This document shows, piece by piece, positions 27,311-40,379 of a stretch of DNA of 64,000 nucleotides. Source of the DNA: Eledone cirrhosa (Eukaryota); assembly GCA_964016885.1 (NCBI GenBank), contig OZ024740.1:81902001-81966000 (forward strand). Direction: 5' to 3'. Under the pieces are notes generated by a model that saw only the letters and a program-made list of their open reading frames with translations, was not told the origin of the DNA and made no database searches. Every line of letters starts with the position of its first letter. The stretch's first letter is position 1. Position numbers and translations under genes: made by a program.

Positions 27311-29291
27311 ATGGCTAATTCAGCTCTGCACCAAGCAGCTGAGAGCCTTCCTCACAAATTAACACCTCACACCGACACCACCATTGTAAATGTTACTACG
27401 TTTGCTAACACTAAAAAAAATATAAGCAGTAGCAATATTTTAAATTTTTCTCAGGCAGACATTCATTTAGCGCCATTACCAATGACTGCAGGTGTTAAAG
27501 CCGCCACCACCACCACCACCACCACCGCGACAACAGAAACAAAAGAAAAAATAAATCAACTCGTGATGTCGAAATGTTTTCAACCAAAATGGACTCATCC
27601 AGACCGAACACCACTGACGTCACCACCACCACAATTGAAACTAAAATTAATAATAACAAAAATAACGATAACAACAACAGCAACGATGACATTAAAAAAA
27701 ACACCCTGAGTTTTGCCAGAGTAGCAAAACAGTGCGAAGCATTTACGGTAACTCAGGAGGAATTAGAAAATGCCAAAAAAATGGTAAAGAAAGATGAGTA
27801 CAGGGTCAGCCTCACCCCACCCCTCACCTCCACACCTAATAAAATGGATCATCGGCGCCTATGCACAGTGTCGTATCGAACAATTAATGTAAAATCACGC
27901 CGAGTGGAACGGGCATCCGAGTCCCAAATCCAAAAAGCTTTGGGATATGTGTGGGCAAGAAAAACCCACATCAGACGTGGACAGAAGTATGGAACCGTGG
28001 ACGTTTTCTTTGAAACACCAGAGGAGGCTAGAGAACACTCCATGGCTCCATTAAGAAGTGACGACTTCACACTCGTCCCAAGCTATTGTGGCCAGAGACT
28101 CGTAAAGATCAGGGTGACCCACGTTCCAACGGCCATCGAAATTCCCTGGCTAATAGCGGCCGTTCTCGCCGGCATCGAGCCAACACAAAGATAATAGCAA
28201 TAGCAAAAGAAAAGCAGGAGAACTGGTCCGTATCTGGGATGGAGCTCCTGATCCAAGTGGACCAAAAAAGCATTGAGGAGATCCCAGAGGTAATAGACCT
28301 CACTGACGGCAGCCCCCTCACCGTAATTGTCGAGGGCAGAAGGCCTAGGTGTGTCGTTTGTGGTGAAGGAACCCAGCTAAGGGCTTTCTGCCCTCAGGCT
28401 AAAAGGTTGAGGCCACCTCTCCTACCCACCCCAGTGACTCAACCATCAACACCACCAGTAGCAGAGATGGCAGCAACAACTGTAGCAGCAACAACAGAAG
28501 CAACTATAACAGCAACAATCCCAGCAACAGTAGCAAAACCAACACCACTACCACCAGCAAAACCAACACCACCACCACCCAACGCTTCAGAACTAGCACC
28601 AGAGCCTACACCATCCACCACGCCACAACCAAAACTAACGCCTGTGGAGGATTTTCCACTCCCCGACCTATCACAACTGGAGACAGATTGTGACGATGAG
28701 AAGTGGGAAAGGGTATCAGGAAAAAAACAAAAAAGAAACCAAAAAAGAAAAAATTCTCTTCCTTCCCCCTCCAAAAACAAAATACAGAGGGAAACAAATA
28801 AATTAACAAACAAAAAAATTAGGACAGATATGCCACCATCCACACCAGCATCACCAACCCCATCACCCCAAACACCAACACCATCACCATCATTAACCCC
28901 AACACCACCATCACCTACACCACAAAAGTCACCAAAATGCGAAACAGAAACAAACCCACAACAAACGCAAACAAAACGAAACAACCAAAACGATACACAC
29001 TACACAACATTAAATTTTAACAACAAGCAATTATTACACTACATCCAACACAACACCAGCATCACAGAAAAAGACTACACAACAACTCAAAAATTCACAC
29101 CACCTCCACACATACAAATCACTCGCATCACACAGAAAACGTACATGACACTAAAACAAAAATTCCCCAAAGACTTCGGAGACTTCCGACAAGCACTCTC
29201 CAGGAGGATTTATAGGGACATCCTTCCTGAGGAGGCCACAAGCAGTGAAGAGGATGGAAAAACCGTCCTTCCTCTACGAGAAGTAAGGTAA
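27311..29291 (+). pseudogene. Tx1-B ORF1, two frameshifts (~27575, ~28185)
   Basis: ORF pieces 27191/27574/28086 are joined by the contiguous frame of copy 62813; RRM-like RRGQKYGTVDVFFETPEEA, knuckle CVVCGEGTQLRAFC, Pro/Thr-rich tail, basic KKQKRNQKRK. Confidence 0.88.
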
Positions 29292-29325
29292 GTGGTCTTT
29301 CCCATCTTTTCCAATCCTTTTCAAC

Positions 29326-32300
29326 ATGACCTCACTCAGAATAGGCAGCATAAATGCGCGTGGCTTGGGGTCGTCAAAGAAGCAGGGCCACCTGCTCAAC
29401 GACCTCAGGTCACTAAACATAGATGTAGTGGCCATCAGCAAGACCAGAATCTCCGAAGCACGGGCCTTCGCACCGATCTTCGGCGGCTACGATGTGTACG
29501 CATCTCCCAGCCGTCCGGGATCGGGGCGGAGGAGTTGCTGTGCTTTTTCGGAGAGGTTTGGATCTTGCCATACGGGCCATCTTCCTGTACCCAGAAGGTA
29601 AGTTGGTGGTGCTGGACGTGACAAGCGGAGACGGGCAAGCTTTCAGGTTAGTGGCCGTCTATACCCCGACAGGAGCAGGGCGGCCTGATTTCTTCCGGCG
29701 TCTAGAGACCTTTCATGGAACGTCCCGCTCTTTAGTGTTAGTGGGCGACTGGAACGGGATATTAGATGCACGCTGGGATTGTGTGGGATTAGTGGATAGG
29801 GAAGGAGGGTGCAAGAGTCTCACCAACCTGCTCAGGCGTTTTGAACTGTCTGAGGTACCGATTGGATTTCCCGAATGTACCAATGTGGACTTGGACAAAT
29901 CGCATAGGGTCATCCAGATCGTATCTAGATAGAGTATTTTGTAGGGAAATAGATAGGTCTAGCATAGGCTGTCCTCAATTCAAGATAGTCAGCTACACGG
30001 ACCACAAATTCGTGATCTGTGTGCTTGACTTAGATAGGCTTCATAGACGAGGACCCGGGTACTGGAAGCTAAACGCGTCCTTACCAGTGCGCAAGGCCTA
30101 CAGAGACCGGATTAGCGAACTAGTTAAGCGGGCGTTGACGGGGGCCATCGTCAACAACAAGTGGTGGTTTGCTCTGAAAAGACCGATTAGAATAGAGGAG
30201 TCCATTAGGTTTAGTAATGCTTTAGCAATAGAGAAAAATAGAGCAGAGGGAGAATTAGTTAGAAAATTAGATGAGGCGCTTAGCAAAGGCATCGCGACCG
30301 ACGTACTTGCGGCGAAATTGGCCCTTGACCAATTCTTCAATGCAAAGCACGAAGGCTGCGTTGTCAGAGCTAGGGTGCGTGCTCTCAGACACGAGGGGAC
30401 GAAAGCCGTTCAATGGGCCCGAGTGGCGGAGGCGCGTCGTGGCAACAAAGCCACGATCCGGTCTTTGGTGGACCACAACGGGCGCATGCTACTCGATCCC
30501 GGGCAAATGTGTGAAGCTTTTCAGCGACACTTCGCTCAACTATTCGGGGGCAGTAGCGGGCCGGATCGAGGGATCGACTTTAGTGTCTACCTCGACGGAC
30601 TGCCGCGGCTTTCGGCCACTGAGGCGGAGTGTTGCGAAAAGCCGATAACAACCGCTGAAGTACGGGATGCAATGACTAGTTGCACAAGGGGTAAATCGCC
30701 TGGTTTGGATGGTCTGCCCTATGAACTTTACGTACAAATGCCAAACTTGTTCGGAGGCATCTTGGCGGACGTCTACTGCAACTGGCAACAGAACGGGAGA
30801 ATTCCCAGCTCTGTGAGCCGAGGAGCGGTGGCGCTGCTGAGAAAGGATCCGAACAAGGGGGATAACATAGATAATTTTAGGCCCATAACTCTGCTAAACA
30901 GAGAGTTCAAGATTTTGGCCAAGGTGCTAGCAAAGAGTTTGGCGCTTGTCGTTGGTGGTCTGGTGGGAGAGGCACAGACATGCGCCATTCCCGACAGATC
31001 CATCCACGACAACCTCCACCTCATGCGATACATCGTAGAGAGGGTAGCTAGGGAACCTGGCACGGGTGGGTCTTTGATCAATTTAGATCAGTCGAAAGCT
31101 TTCGATAGGGTCGACCATCGTTACCTAACGGCAGTCCTGAGGGCGGCTGGCTTTGGGTCCGTCTTCAGAGGCTGGATAGCTGCCATGCACAGCGACATCT
31201 GCTCTGTAGTGAGAGTGAACGGTCACCTTTCGGAACCGTTCATCATCGTGCGCTCGGTCCGCCAAGGATATCCCCTCTCGTCCCTATTGTACGTATTGAC
31301 TCTCGAGCCATTACTGCACAAACTGGAGACGTTGAAGGGGGTCCCGTGCGAACTAGGATGCGGAAGATCCGTGTCAGCATATGCCGACGATGTCACCGTA
31401 GTGGTGTCGAACGCCAAACACATCGAGGCGATCGGCACTACACTAAGAGAATACGAAGCGGTGACAGGAGCAATGATCAACCAGGAAAAGTCAGTGGGCC
31501 TGCAGCTCGGCACCTGGAGAGGCAGGTCCATGCCGTCCAACAGCGTCGTCGGGCGCTGGACGGACGGACCGGTTAAATTGCTAGGGGTCTGGTTCGGTCC
31601 AGACCTCCAGACGGACAAAAACTGGGACGAGGTGACGAGCAGGGTGGCTTCTCTCACGCAGAAATGGGCCGAGAGGAAGCTATCCCTGAAAGGTCGAGCG
31701 GAGGTGGCGAATGCGTACATCGCATCCGTCATCTACTACCGCCTGACCGTCGTACCTTGTCCTAAGCCCCGCCTGACTGCGCTGGAGCGTTTGCTCTTTC
31801 GCTTCTTGTGGAAGGGACGCGCTCCGATCGTCAGGCGGTCCATCTGCTGTCAACACCCACTACGTGGAGGGCTGGGCATGCCGTGGCTGATGATGTGCAG
31901 ACACGCGCTCAGGCTACGACATCCCCACCTCTTCCTCGACGATGATCAGGTGTGGTCGCCGTTTGCAAGACACGTTTTTCCCCAGCTCGTCTCCTTGACG
32001 GAGCTGCAGTCCTGGGTCAAGCGAAGACCGAGAGGGAGCGCTTGGAGACTGGAATGTCTTCAGGCGCTCACAGCCCTCGACCAATCGGGCAATGTGATCG
32101 GTGGAAACACCACCTTGGCGTTCTATAGGGGATTAGTGGAGGGGAAGAGCGACAACGTACTTGGAGAAACTCTAAGCGTCGACGAAAATCAACTGGCCAA
32201 TCTCTTCGGAAGGATTTTCGGGCCGGGGCCTATGGACAACTTCCAGAAATCCCTGGCCTGGCAGTGCTACCGAGGAACTTTGCCAGTTCGGGATAAACTC

Positions 32301-32747
32301 TACAGGCATGGAGGTGCCGTCAGCCGGGCATGTCCGAGATGCGCGCAGGGCGACGAAACCGTCCTGCACGCACTCGTCCAGTGTCCGAGCATTGATGACT
32401 TGTGGGTTTATGTCGAACACCTGCTGTCACGTGTAGGACGGATCCAGCTATCAGCTGAGTCCATCTTGAGGATTGCCCCGCCCCCTTCCTTTAGCCTGGA
32501 AGGGCAGGCACTTTTTATCTGTCTGGTGGCCATGGCGAAAGAGATAGTATGGTGGACACGTTTGAAAGGGCTGAAGACGAGCACTTACCTCTTCGGTGAT
32601 GCCCTGATTAACTTTTTCAAATTTCATTTGAAAAGGAAAATCAGGGTAGAGAGGGAAGTGCTCTCTTCCCAGCATTTTGTTGAAAGATGGGTGAGAGAAG
32701 CAAGTATGGCCCGAATGAATGGGCCTTCTCTGAGTATGTGTCTGTAA
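29326..32747 (+). pseudogene. Tx1-B ORF2 (APE + RT + CCHC), two frameshifts in the APE domain; the last 968 codons are open
   Basis: INARG, GDWN, YLDR, TDH; KSPGLDGLP, NFRPITLLN, LDQSKAFDRV, VRQGYPLS, YADD; CPRC-x8-H-x4-C. Confidence 0.95.
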
Positions 32748-33030
32748 ATTAAAGGTGGAAAACTGGGAGAGGGCACTTGCCCTGGTGGTCAGGGCCACTG
32801 TGGTCTTTTAATGGGCTTTCTCCACAAATGTCCATTGGAAGTCTCCCCCCTATTGGGGAATTTTTCTTTGTTATTTTATTTCAACCTCTGTTTTTTTACA
32901 CGCAGAAATGCCCATTTGTACCGTCCTGTATTGTCCTGTACTGTCCTTAATGTCTACTTTATGTGAACCCTTGTGGTTAATAAAGAAAACATTATTATTA
33001 TTATTATTATTATTGTTATTATTATTATTA

Positions 33031-36000
33031 TAGTTGCATTTATCTTGCTTTATGTTCATACGAGTTATCACCAAGTCACAACCAGTGACCTCAAGAGACA
33101 ACAAGGTCCGTAATGTTCAAGAAATAACATACATACACACACATGCATCTTTAGGTGTTTAGACTTGTGATGTACATATATTGACAGAATCTTCCTTAGT
33201 ATATGGGCAGTTCCCATTCGTACTATCTTTTGTATTTCTCCTATACGCGGGTTTCCTGGGATTTGCGATAAGTAATCATTAGACTCCTTAGGTATCATTC
33301 CCAGAGCGCCTACAACCACTGGTATTGTTTTAGTTCTCAATTTCCACATTTTTCCAATTTCTATCTCCAGGTCCTTATACTTGCTCAATTTTTCAAATGT
33401 TTTTATAGATACATTCGTGTCTATTGGAACGGACATATCAATTAGCAGGCATATCCTATTTTTAAAGTCCTTCAGTGTTATATCAGGTCTATTTGCATCT
33501 ATTTTTCGGTTTGTTTGGATGCTAAAGTTCCACAAGATTGAGATGTGATCTTTTTTCAAGTATCGGAGGTGGTTGATGCCCCCACCAATTCTTTTGATGG
33601 GACAGGTCAACATGCTTACACATTATCCCATGTATGTATTGTGCAGCTCTGTCATGCATGTTTAGGTATTCGGTTGGAGCTATAGGACTGCACAATGAAA
33701 TTATATGATCAATGGTCTCGGGTTTATTTTTACATACACAGCATAATGGGTTGCATCTATTTTTTATTATGTTGGCTTGGTAATTTTTTGTTGGCAGACA
33801 CTGATCTTGTGCTGATATAATCAGTCCTTCAGTCTCCGATTTCAGGGCAGAGGATGCCAACCACTGATGGATTAAAGTTTTGTCAACATCAGGATTGTTA
33901 TCTATTTCTGGGTATGTTCCATACAGAGGCTTTTCTTGACATTTCTTAGCCAGTTTCTGTTTCACTTCTTTCTTTGCAGTTACTTTTACCTGATTTGCTT
34001 TTTCTGTGTTTTCCATTTCAGCAGTAAATGGGACTTCTGAAATGTGTAGTCCATTACTGCATCTTTGTGCATATTTTGTAATGGAGTATGATCTTTTGAT
34101 GCTGTCGTGTTTCAAAACGATTTTGATCATCCAACCATGTGATTCCCTTAGATATGTAGATAATCCAATTGTTGCAGTTTTCAACGCAATATCTAACTGG
34201 ATTAACCCACGTCCTCCTTCTTTCCTAGGGAGATATATTCTATCTGTACCTGTCTTAGGGAGATGCATTCTGTGCATTGTTAAGAATTTTCTAATTTTTT
34301 ATTGAGGCTACGGATCTCTGTGCTTGAGCAGTTGATGACATTGTAACTCTAGGTTACTACTGGTATGGCAAGCGTGTTTATGGCATCGATCCTATTCCTT
34401 GCATTCAATACCGTTCTTAAGATTGCTCTTACTCTGCGGTAACATTCCTTCCTTATCCTTTCCCTCGTTGTCGAGTGCTTGATTCCGTCTCCTTCACAAA
34501 CACCTAGATATTTGTAAGTTTCCTCTTGATTAAGTTCTCTTATCACATTCCCCCGATAAAGATTAATGTCTGAACTTTTCAGCAGCTTTCCTCTGGTGAA
34601 CGTTGCTTTGGCGCATTTATCTATTCCAAACTCCATTTTAATATCATCACTGAACTGCTCCACAGTGTATAATAGCCCTTGCAATTGTTTATCATTTTTG
34701 CAAATAGTTTCAGGTCCTCCATGTAGAACAAGTGATTAATGGTTTTGTCATAGACTTTATAGCCATATTTTGTTTCATTGAGCATTTTAATTAACGGCAT
34801 AAGTACGATGCAGAATAAAAGCGGTGATAAAAATTCACCCTGAAGAATTCCACAATTAATGTTAACTTCTCCAGCTTCCAGTGATTTGTTTTCACTATTC
34901 AAAAGGAGTGTCGTTTTCCATGTCATCATACTGAATGACAGGTACCTCCTGACAACGGGAGATATTTTGAAAATCTCTAAACATTTTTCAATTCAACTGT
35001 GTGGCAAACTATCCAATGCTTTTTTATAATCTATACAAGCAATTGATAGATTTTTGGCTCTATTATGACAATCTTCATGTATCATTTTGTTAACCAAAAG
35101 CTGATCCTTACAGCCCTATGAGCCTCGTTTAAGCCCTTTCTGCTCATTGGGAAATAGATCATTTGTTATCAGGTGGTCATATGTATATTCAGTTAGGACT
35201 GATGTTAAAATGTTATACATTGTGGTCAAGCAAGTTATCGGTCTGTAATTCTTGGGATAGTTTGATTCATCATTCTTCGGTAGCAGGAATGTAATGCCGT
35301 TATCTAGCCATAATGGTATCTTTTCTGGCTCCTTTACTATTTCATTGTAAAGTTGGGCTAACAGCTCCTGAGACTCTGTGAAGGCATTTATCCAAAAATT
35401 TGATAATTTGTCTTTTCCTGGGGATTTCCATTTGCTGGTTTTTCTAAGAGCCAAACGCCACTGTTCAACGGTTCCCCTATTTGTTCATCAAGGTGAGCTG
35501 TATCTTTCATTTTTCTGTCTATCCATGGGGCATATATTTTGAAATTTTCTCCGGCCCAGATCTTTTCGCAGAATTCTTGCACTTCCTCCTTGGGTGGTAT
35601 TTATTTAGCAGTTATTGGTGACTTGCCAATTTTTCTGTAGAAGTTTCTTTGGTTGTTTTTGAACATATTATTGTCCTTATAGAATCTAGATCGTTTTTCA
35701 AAGCGCCTTATACGAGCAGCTTTGGCCGAAACTTTTTGCTTGATTATTTCTATCAGCATGTCTATGTCACTTGTTGATTTTATACTGTATTTTCTTTACA
35801 ATTTTCTAAGTTTAGTTTGTTTAACATGTTCACCTACTTTGTAGTTTGTTAAAATGTCTATGTCAGATCGGAGAAAGTTTATTTGGCGATTGATGTTCTC
35901 TTGCCAAGTACATTTCTTCTAGGAATTCCTTTGTGTTTTCATTTCACTCCAGATAAGTGAGTGGTGACTTTAGCCGATGCATAATAGAGATGATTTAAAT

Positions 36001-36405
36001 CAGTAATGTTTAGTTTGTTTGTGTTGATAATGTTTTTGAGAATTATGTTAGTCTTGTGTATTATCTGGTGGTTCTGTTTGGAGTTCTGGATCTTAGGGAA
36101 GGTGTCTTGCGCCCCCGTGTCAGATTCTTTCAATTTCATCCATTCGATCATAATTTCATCCGTCAAATTGGCAAGTTTTTTCTCATTCATTTCTTTATCA
36201 TTTACGATCTCATTGTTTTCATTTTGAGTTTCATCATGAGCATGCACTCCCTCCACTTTTTCGATCCTTTCTTTAATTTGTTCTGTTGTCAGTGATTCCG
36301 CCCCAACCCTAGGATTCGAAGTGTTACAATTTACCTCGTTTTCACTGACACATGTTTCATGTTTCCCTTCGCTGACTTTGTGCTAATAGCTTGATCTGAT
36401 CAATT
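33031..36405 (-). mobile_element. R4/Dong-type RLE retrotransposon family B, copy 1 (long, degenerate, 5'-truncated)
   Basis: WKSPGKDK, NYRPITCL, GILQGEFLSP, FYMED, CCVC..H, RPDITL..IDMSVP..EKLSKY..VVGALG; (TAA)n at both ends. Confidence 0.92.
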
Positions 36406-36430
36406 TATTATTATTATTAATATTATTATT

Positions 36431-39400
36431 GTTTATTGAGTCTCAGTCATTGATGTTAGTTAACTGGAAAGTTTGTTGAAATGAATATCAAGCCACTACC
36501 TGCAGTCTCAGATATTCAAGACGTATCGGAGGGTTCTTGCTGTTCCCAGCAAGCATGCCTTTTGAAGCGTTCCGAAAAGCGTGGCGGGACCAATTTTCTT
36601 TAAACATCCCTGGAAGCTTTTTGAGATAGTACCTAGTGTGCCTATGACAATCCGGACTACTTTGACTTCATGGCAGTTCAAAATCCTTTTTACCTCCCAC
36701 TTTAAGTCCTGGTATCGGTTAATTTTCTCCCTCTCCTTCTCTTGCACTCTCGTGTCGAATGGGCAGGCCACATCCACAATCAGGCACGATCTTTTTTCTT
36801 TGTCCACAACCACCAGGTCAGGTCTATTGTGTTCCAGTTTCTTGTCCGTCTGTATCCTAAAATCCTACAGCACCTTCACTTGATCGTTTTCCATCACCGA
36901 CTCTGGCTTATGCTCATACCACTTCTCAGAATGTGTTAAATTATTTACTTTGCATAGGTGCCAGTGGATCACCCTGCCCATCACATCATGTCTCCAGCCC
37001 TTATAGTGAGTCTGGGCTAGGTGTTTACACTCGGATACAATGTGAGCCACAGTCTCCTCTCACTCTCCACAGATCCTGCACAGTGGGCTAGCCTCCTCCT
37101 TGTAAATATGGTGTTTCAACCACTTCGTTTTGAGGGCCTGCTCTTACGCAGCCATTAACATTCCTTCTGTAGCCTTTTTAAGGTCTCCTCTTTTCATCCA
37201 GTTCCATATCTGTGGATCTCTGAATTCAGGTTTCTCAAAGAAGGTACTATGAAGGGATTTTTCATGAAGGCTGCTCTTTCTCCTTGTTATTTCCTCCTTG
37301 GACATCCCCTGGTCTATTGTCCTCTCCTTCAGTACAGTCCTGAGCATTGGCTCCTTACTATCAGTCACGTATTTGTGTAGGTTGTTTTTCTCTATCTCAA
37401 CACAGTCCTCTATGCTGATAAGACCTCTTCCACCTTCAGATCTCCTTAAGTAGAGTCTATCGACATCACTCCTCTTGTGGAACATGTTGAAGATAGTCAA
37501 TAGCTTCCTAGTCTTCCTATCTATTTCTTTTTGTTCAGCAACATTCCATCTCAGAATTCCCACACTGTACCTAATAATAGACACAGCTCGGGAATTTACT
37601 GCACTTATTGCATTCCTACTGTTCAGATGTGACTTTAATAAGCTCCTCATTCTCCGAATGTATTCAGATCTTATCAATTCCTTCATTTTTTTTGTTCTTG
37701 ATGTAATCAGCATCCAGAACACCCAAATACTTGTATCCTTCTTCAATGTAAATTTCCTTTATCATCTCACCTGTTGGTACCTGGATTCCGTTGCTTCTGC
37801 TCAATTTACCCCTCTTCATCACAAGGACTCCACACTTACTAATACCAAATTGCATACATATTTCATTGCTGAAAATACGGACAGTGTCAACAAGCACATC
37901 CAACTCCTTCTCACCCTTCCCGAAGAGCTTAAGATCGTCCATAAAAAGGAGGTGATTGATGGTAAGCTCTCCCTTTCCCAACTTGTATCCTGCTCACACT
38001 TTTCGCAGTATAATGGTCAGGGGCATCAGGGCAAGGACAAACAACAGAGGGGACAGACTATCTCCCTTGTAGATACCTCTCTTGATCTTCACGCATCCCA
38101 AGGATTCTCCAGCTGTTGTTAATTCTGTTTTCCAGGACTTCGTACTTTTGCCCAACAACTGTCTGATGTTATCTGCCACCTTGAAGATCTCTAGGCTTTT
38201 GGTGATCCAATAATGAGGCATCATGTCAAATGCCTTTTTGTAGTCTATCCATCCCATGGCAAGACCAGTGTGTCTCCTCTTGCAATTCCTCATTACCATC
38301 TTATCAATAAGTAACTGGTCCTTTGTACCACGGGACTTCTTTCGGCATCCTTTCTGTTCGTCCGGTAACAAGTTGTTTGTGTGGAGGTGATGGTACATTT
38401 CCTCAGACATAATGCTTGTCAACAGTTTCCTCATTACGGACAGACATGTGATAGGTCTATAGTTGGTAACATCATTACCCTTGATTCGGTCTTTCATTAC
38501 CAGAACTGTAGTACCTTTTGTCAACCACTCTGGTACCTCACCTGACATCAAGCAGTCATTGAACATGGTTGTCAGTTTCGGGTGGAGGGATGTTATATTT
38601 TTAATCCAATACCCCTGCACACCATCTGGGCCTGGTGATTTCCATTTGGTTAGTTTATTGGCCTGCTCTTAAGAGTTTCAACTGTGATACTCAAATCAGT
38701 TTGTTGGTGTGCCTGTTCACTAATCTCCTTTTGTACTGTCTCAATCCACACTGCCTGGTCATTATGTTTAACATCCTGCTTACATATTCCACTCCAGAAT
38801 GTTTTAGTTTGTTCCGCCTCAGGGATCATGTAGTTGCCTCTTTCTTTCCCTTCAATCTGTCCAAACAGCATCTTCTGGTTGTTGTCAAACATGCGTTTCT
38901 GTCTATACTGACTGACTCTGCTCTCGTATCGCCTAATTTTTGCACTCTTTGCTACAATGCGTTGCTTCAGTTCCTCTATGATAATATTTAGCTTTTTCCT
39001 CCTAGTTTTGTACTTTATTTCCAGTCTATTTTTAGTGTCTATGTTTTTTAGTGTCCCATTCAGTAGGGACTCAAACTTTCCAATGTCATTTCTCATTTCC
39101 CTGATTTGACCATTCAGTCGTTTCCTCTCGCTTTTATACCATGTAATTTCCTCACTGCATTTGCTGTTGCTTTGAGGATATTGTTTTACTGGTGAAGGCT
39201 CCTCGCCTCAAGGTATGGGATGACTTTGTTTACTTTAGCTGTTGTTTCTTTTAACTTTTTCCAGTCTACAAATCTTAGGTTCATAGGTTTCCCACTATCA
39301 TTGTTCAATTCATCTCCCACTAAGTTTAGGATATCAACCAAATCTTGTCCTAGCCCGTCAGCAATCATCTCCTCAATGGCCGTAACTTTGTTCCAGGTAT

Positions 39401-40343
39401 TATTTCTTTCAGCATTCAGATCATTGTCTACTTCGGATGGTTCCTCCGTTCTCTAAACCTCTTCACCTTCATTTCCCACTGGCTCGTTTGCCTGGTATAC
39501 TCCACTCTCCATTTCCAACCTAATCTCTCTGCTCAGTTCCTCCAGTTACAGCTCGCTTATCCACCCATTAGTTCTTATTACCCGAGCCTGCCCGGCTAAT
39601 TTTTGTTCATCTAATTTAAATAGACCAATCTCGTTCCAGATGTTATGCATCCGTTTCCTATAGACTTTCTCCTTGGGGTTACTCTTCAGCTAACATTGCA
39701 TAACAGTTCGATTCAATTCTTTCGTCCAGTTGGTTCTGGTCCCTTTCCTTCTTCTTGCTCCGACACCAGCAGTATTTCGTTGACAGCCAGGTCCCTGCTG
39801 CTGAGCCAGGGAGCACCTGCTGGGTGAGAATCACGGTAGTGATAATGAGGCAGCGGTGGTGGTGGTGGTGGTTCTGTGCTAGTAGTACTTAGCAGGAGGT
39901 AGTGGGAGAGAATAGCGGCGGTAGCGATAATAAGGCAGTGGTGGTGGTGATGTGATCGTTGTACTGTAGTGATGGTGTTGAAGTTGAAGTAGAAATAGAA
40001 GTTGAGGTAACTTGACTAGAGTTTTTAGCGTGGCAGTGGCGGTGGTGGCGGTGTTGGTGGTGAAATTATTTTTCTGTCTGTCCACTTAGCCATTTAGCTA
40101 TTTAGCCATTTGCCATTTTCCTCTTTTTCGACTATAACATTTCTGATCCAAAATTAAATATTAAATATTCGGGCCCTATTCCGTAAAGTGATGCGTTATG
40201 GCTTGCTGAACGTGAAAACTGTAATCTTATTGTTCATTTCTATTAAGAATTATTCTATCACAGTTGTTTTCAAGAAGTAAAAATCAAAAACTTACGGGAG
40301 CGATTCCATAACGATATATATCCTCCATGTGCGTTTTCTTCCC
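36431..40343 (-). mobile_element. R4/Dong-type family A, copy 1 (degenerate, retains the 5' terminus, lost the start-codon region)
   Basis: Colinear with 42409-47260; 5' end GGGAAGAAAACGCAC; several stops, frameshifts and deletions. Confidence 0.93.

Positions 40344-40377
<34 letters not shown>

Positions 40378-40379
<2 letters not shown>

Larger units (their letters stand above)
27100..33030 (+). mobile_element. Tx1/L1-clade retrotransposon, subfamily B, full length (~5.9 kb), few lesions
   Basis: 5' end (ATT)n|GGCGAC identical in position to the copy at 62605; ORF1, ORF2, AATAAA at ~32979, (ATT)n tail. Confidence 0.95.
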
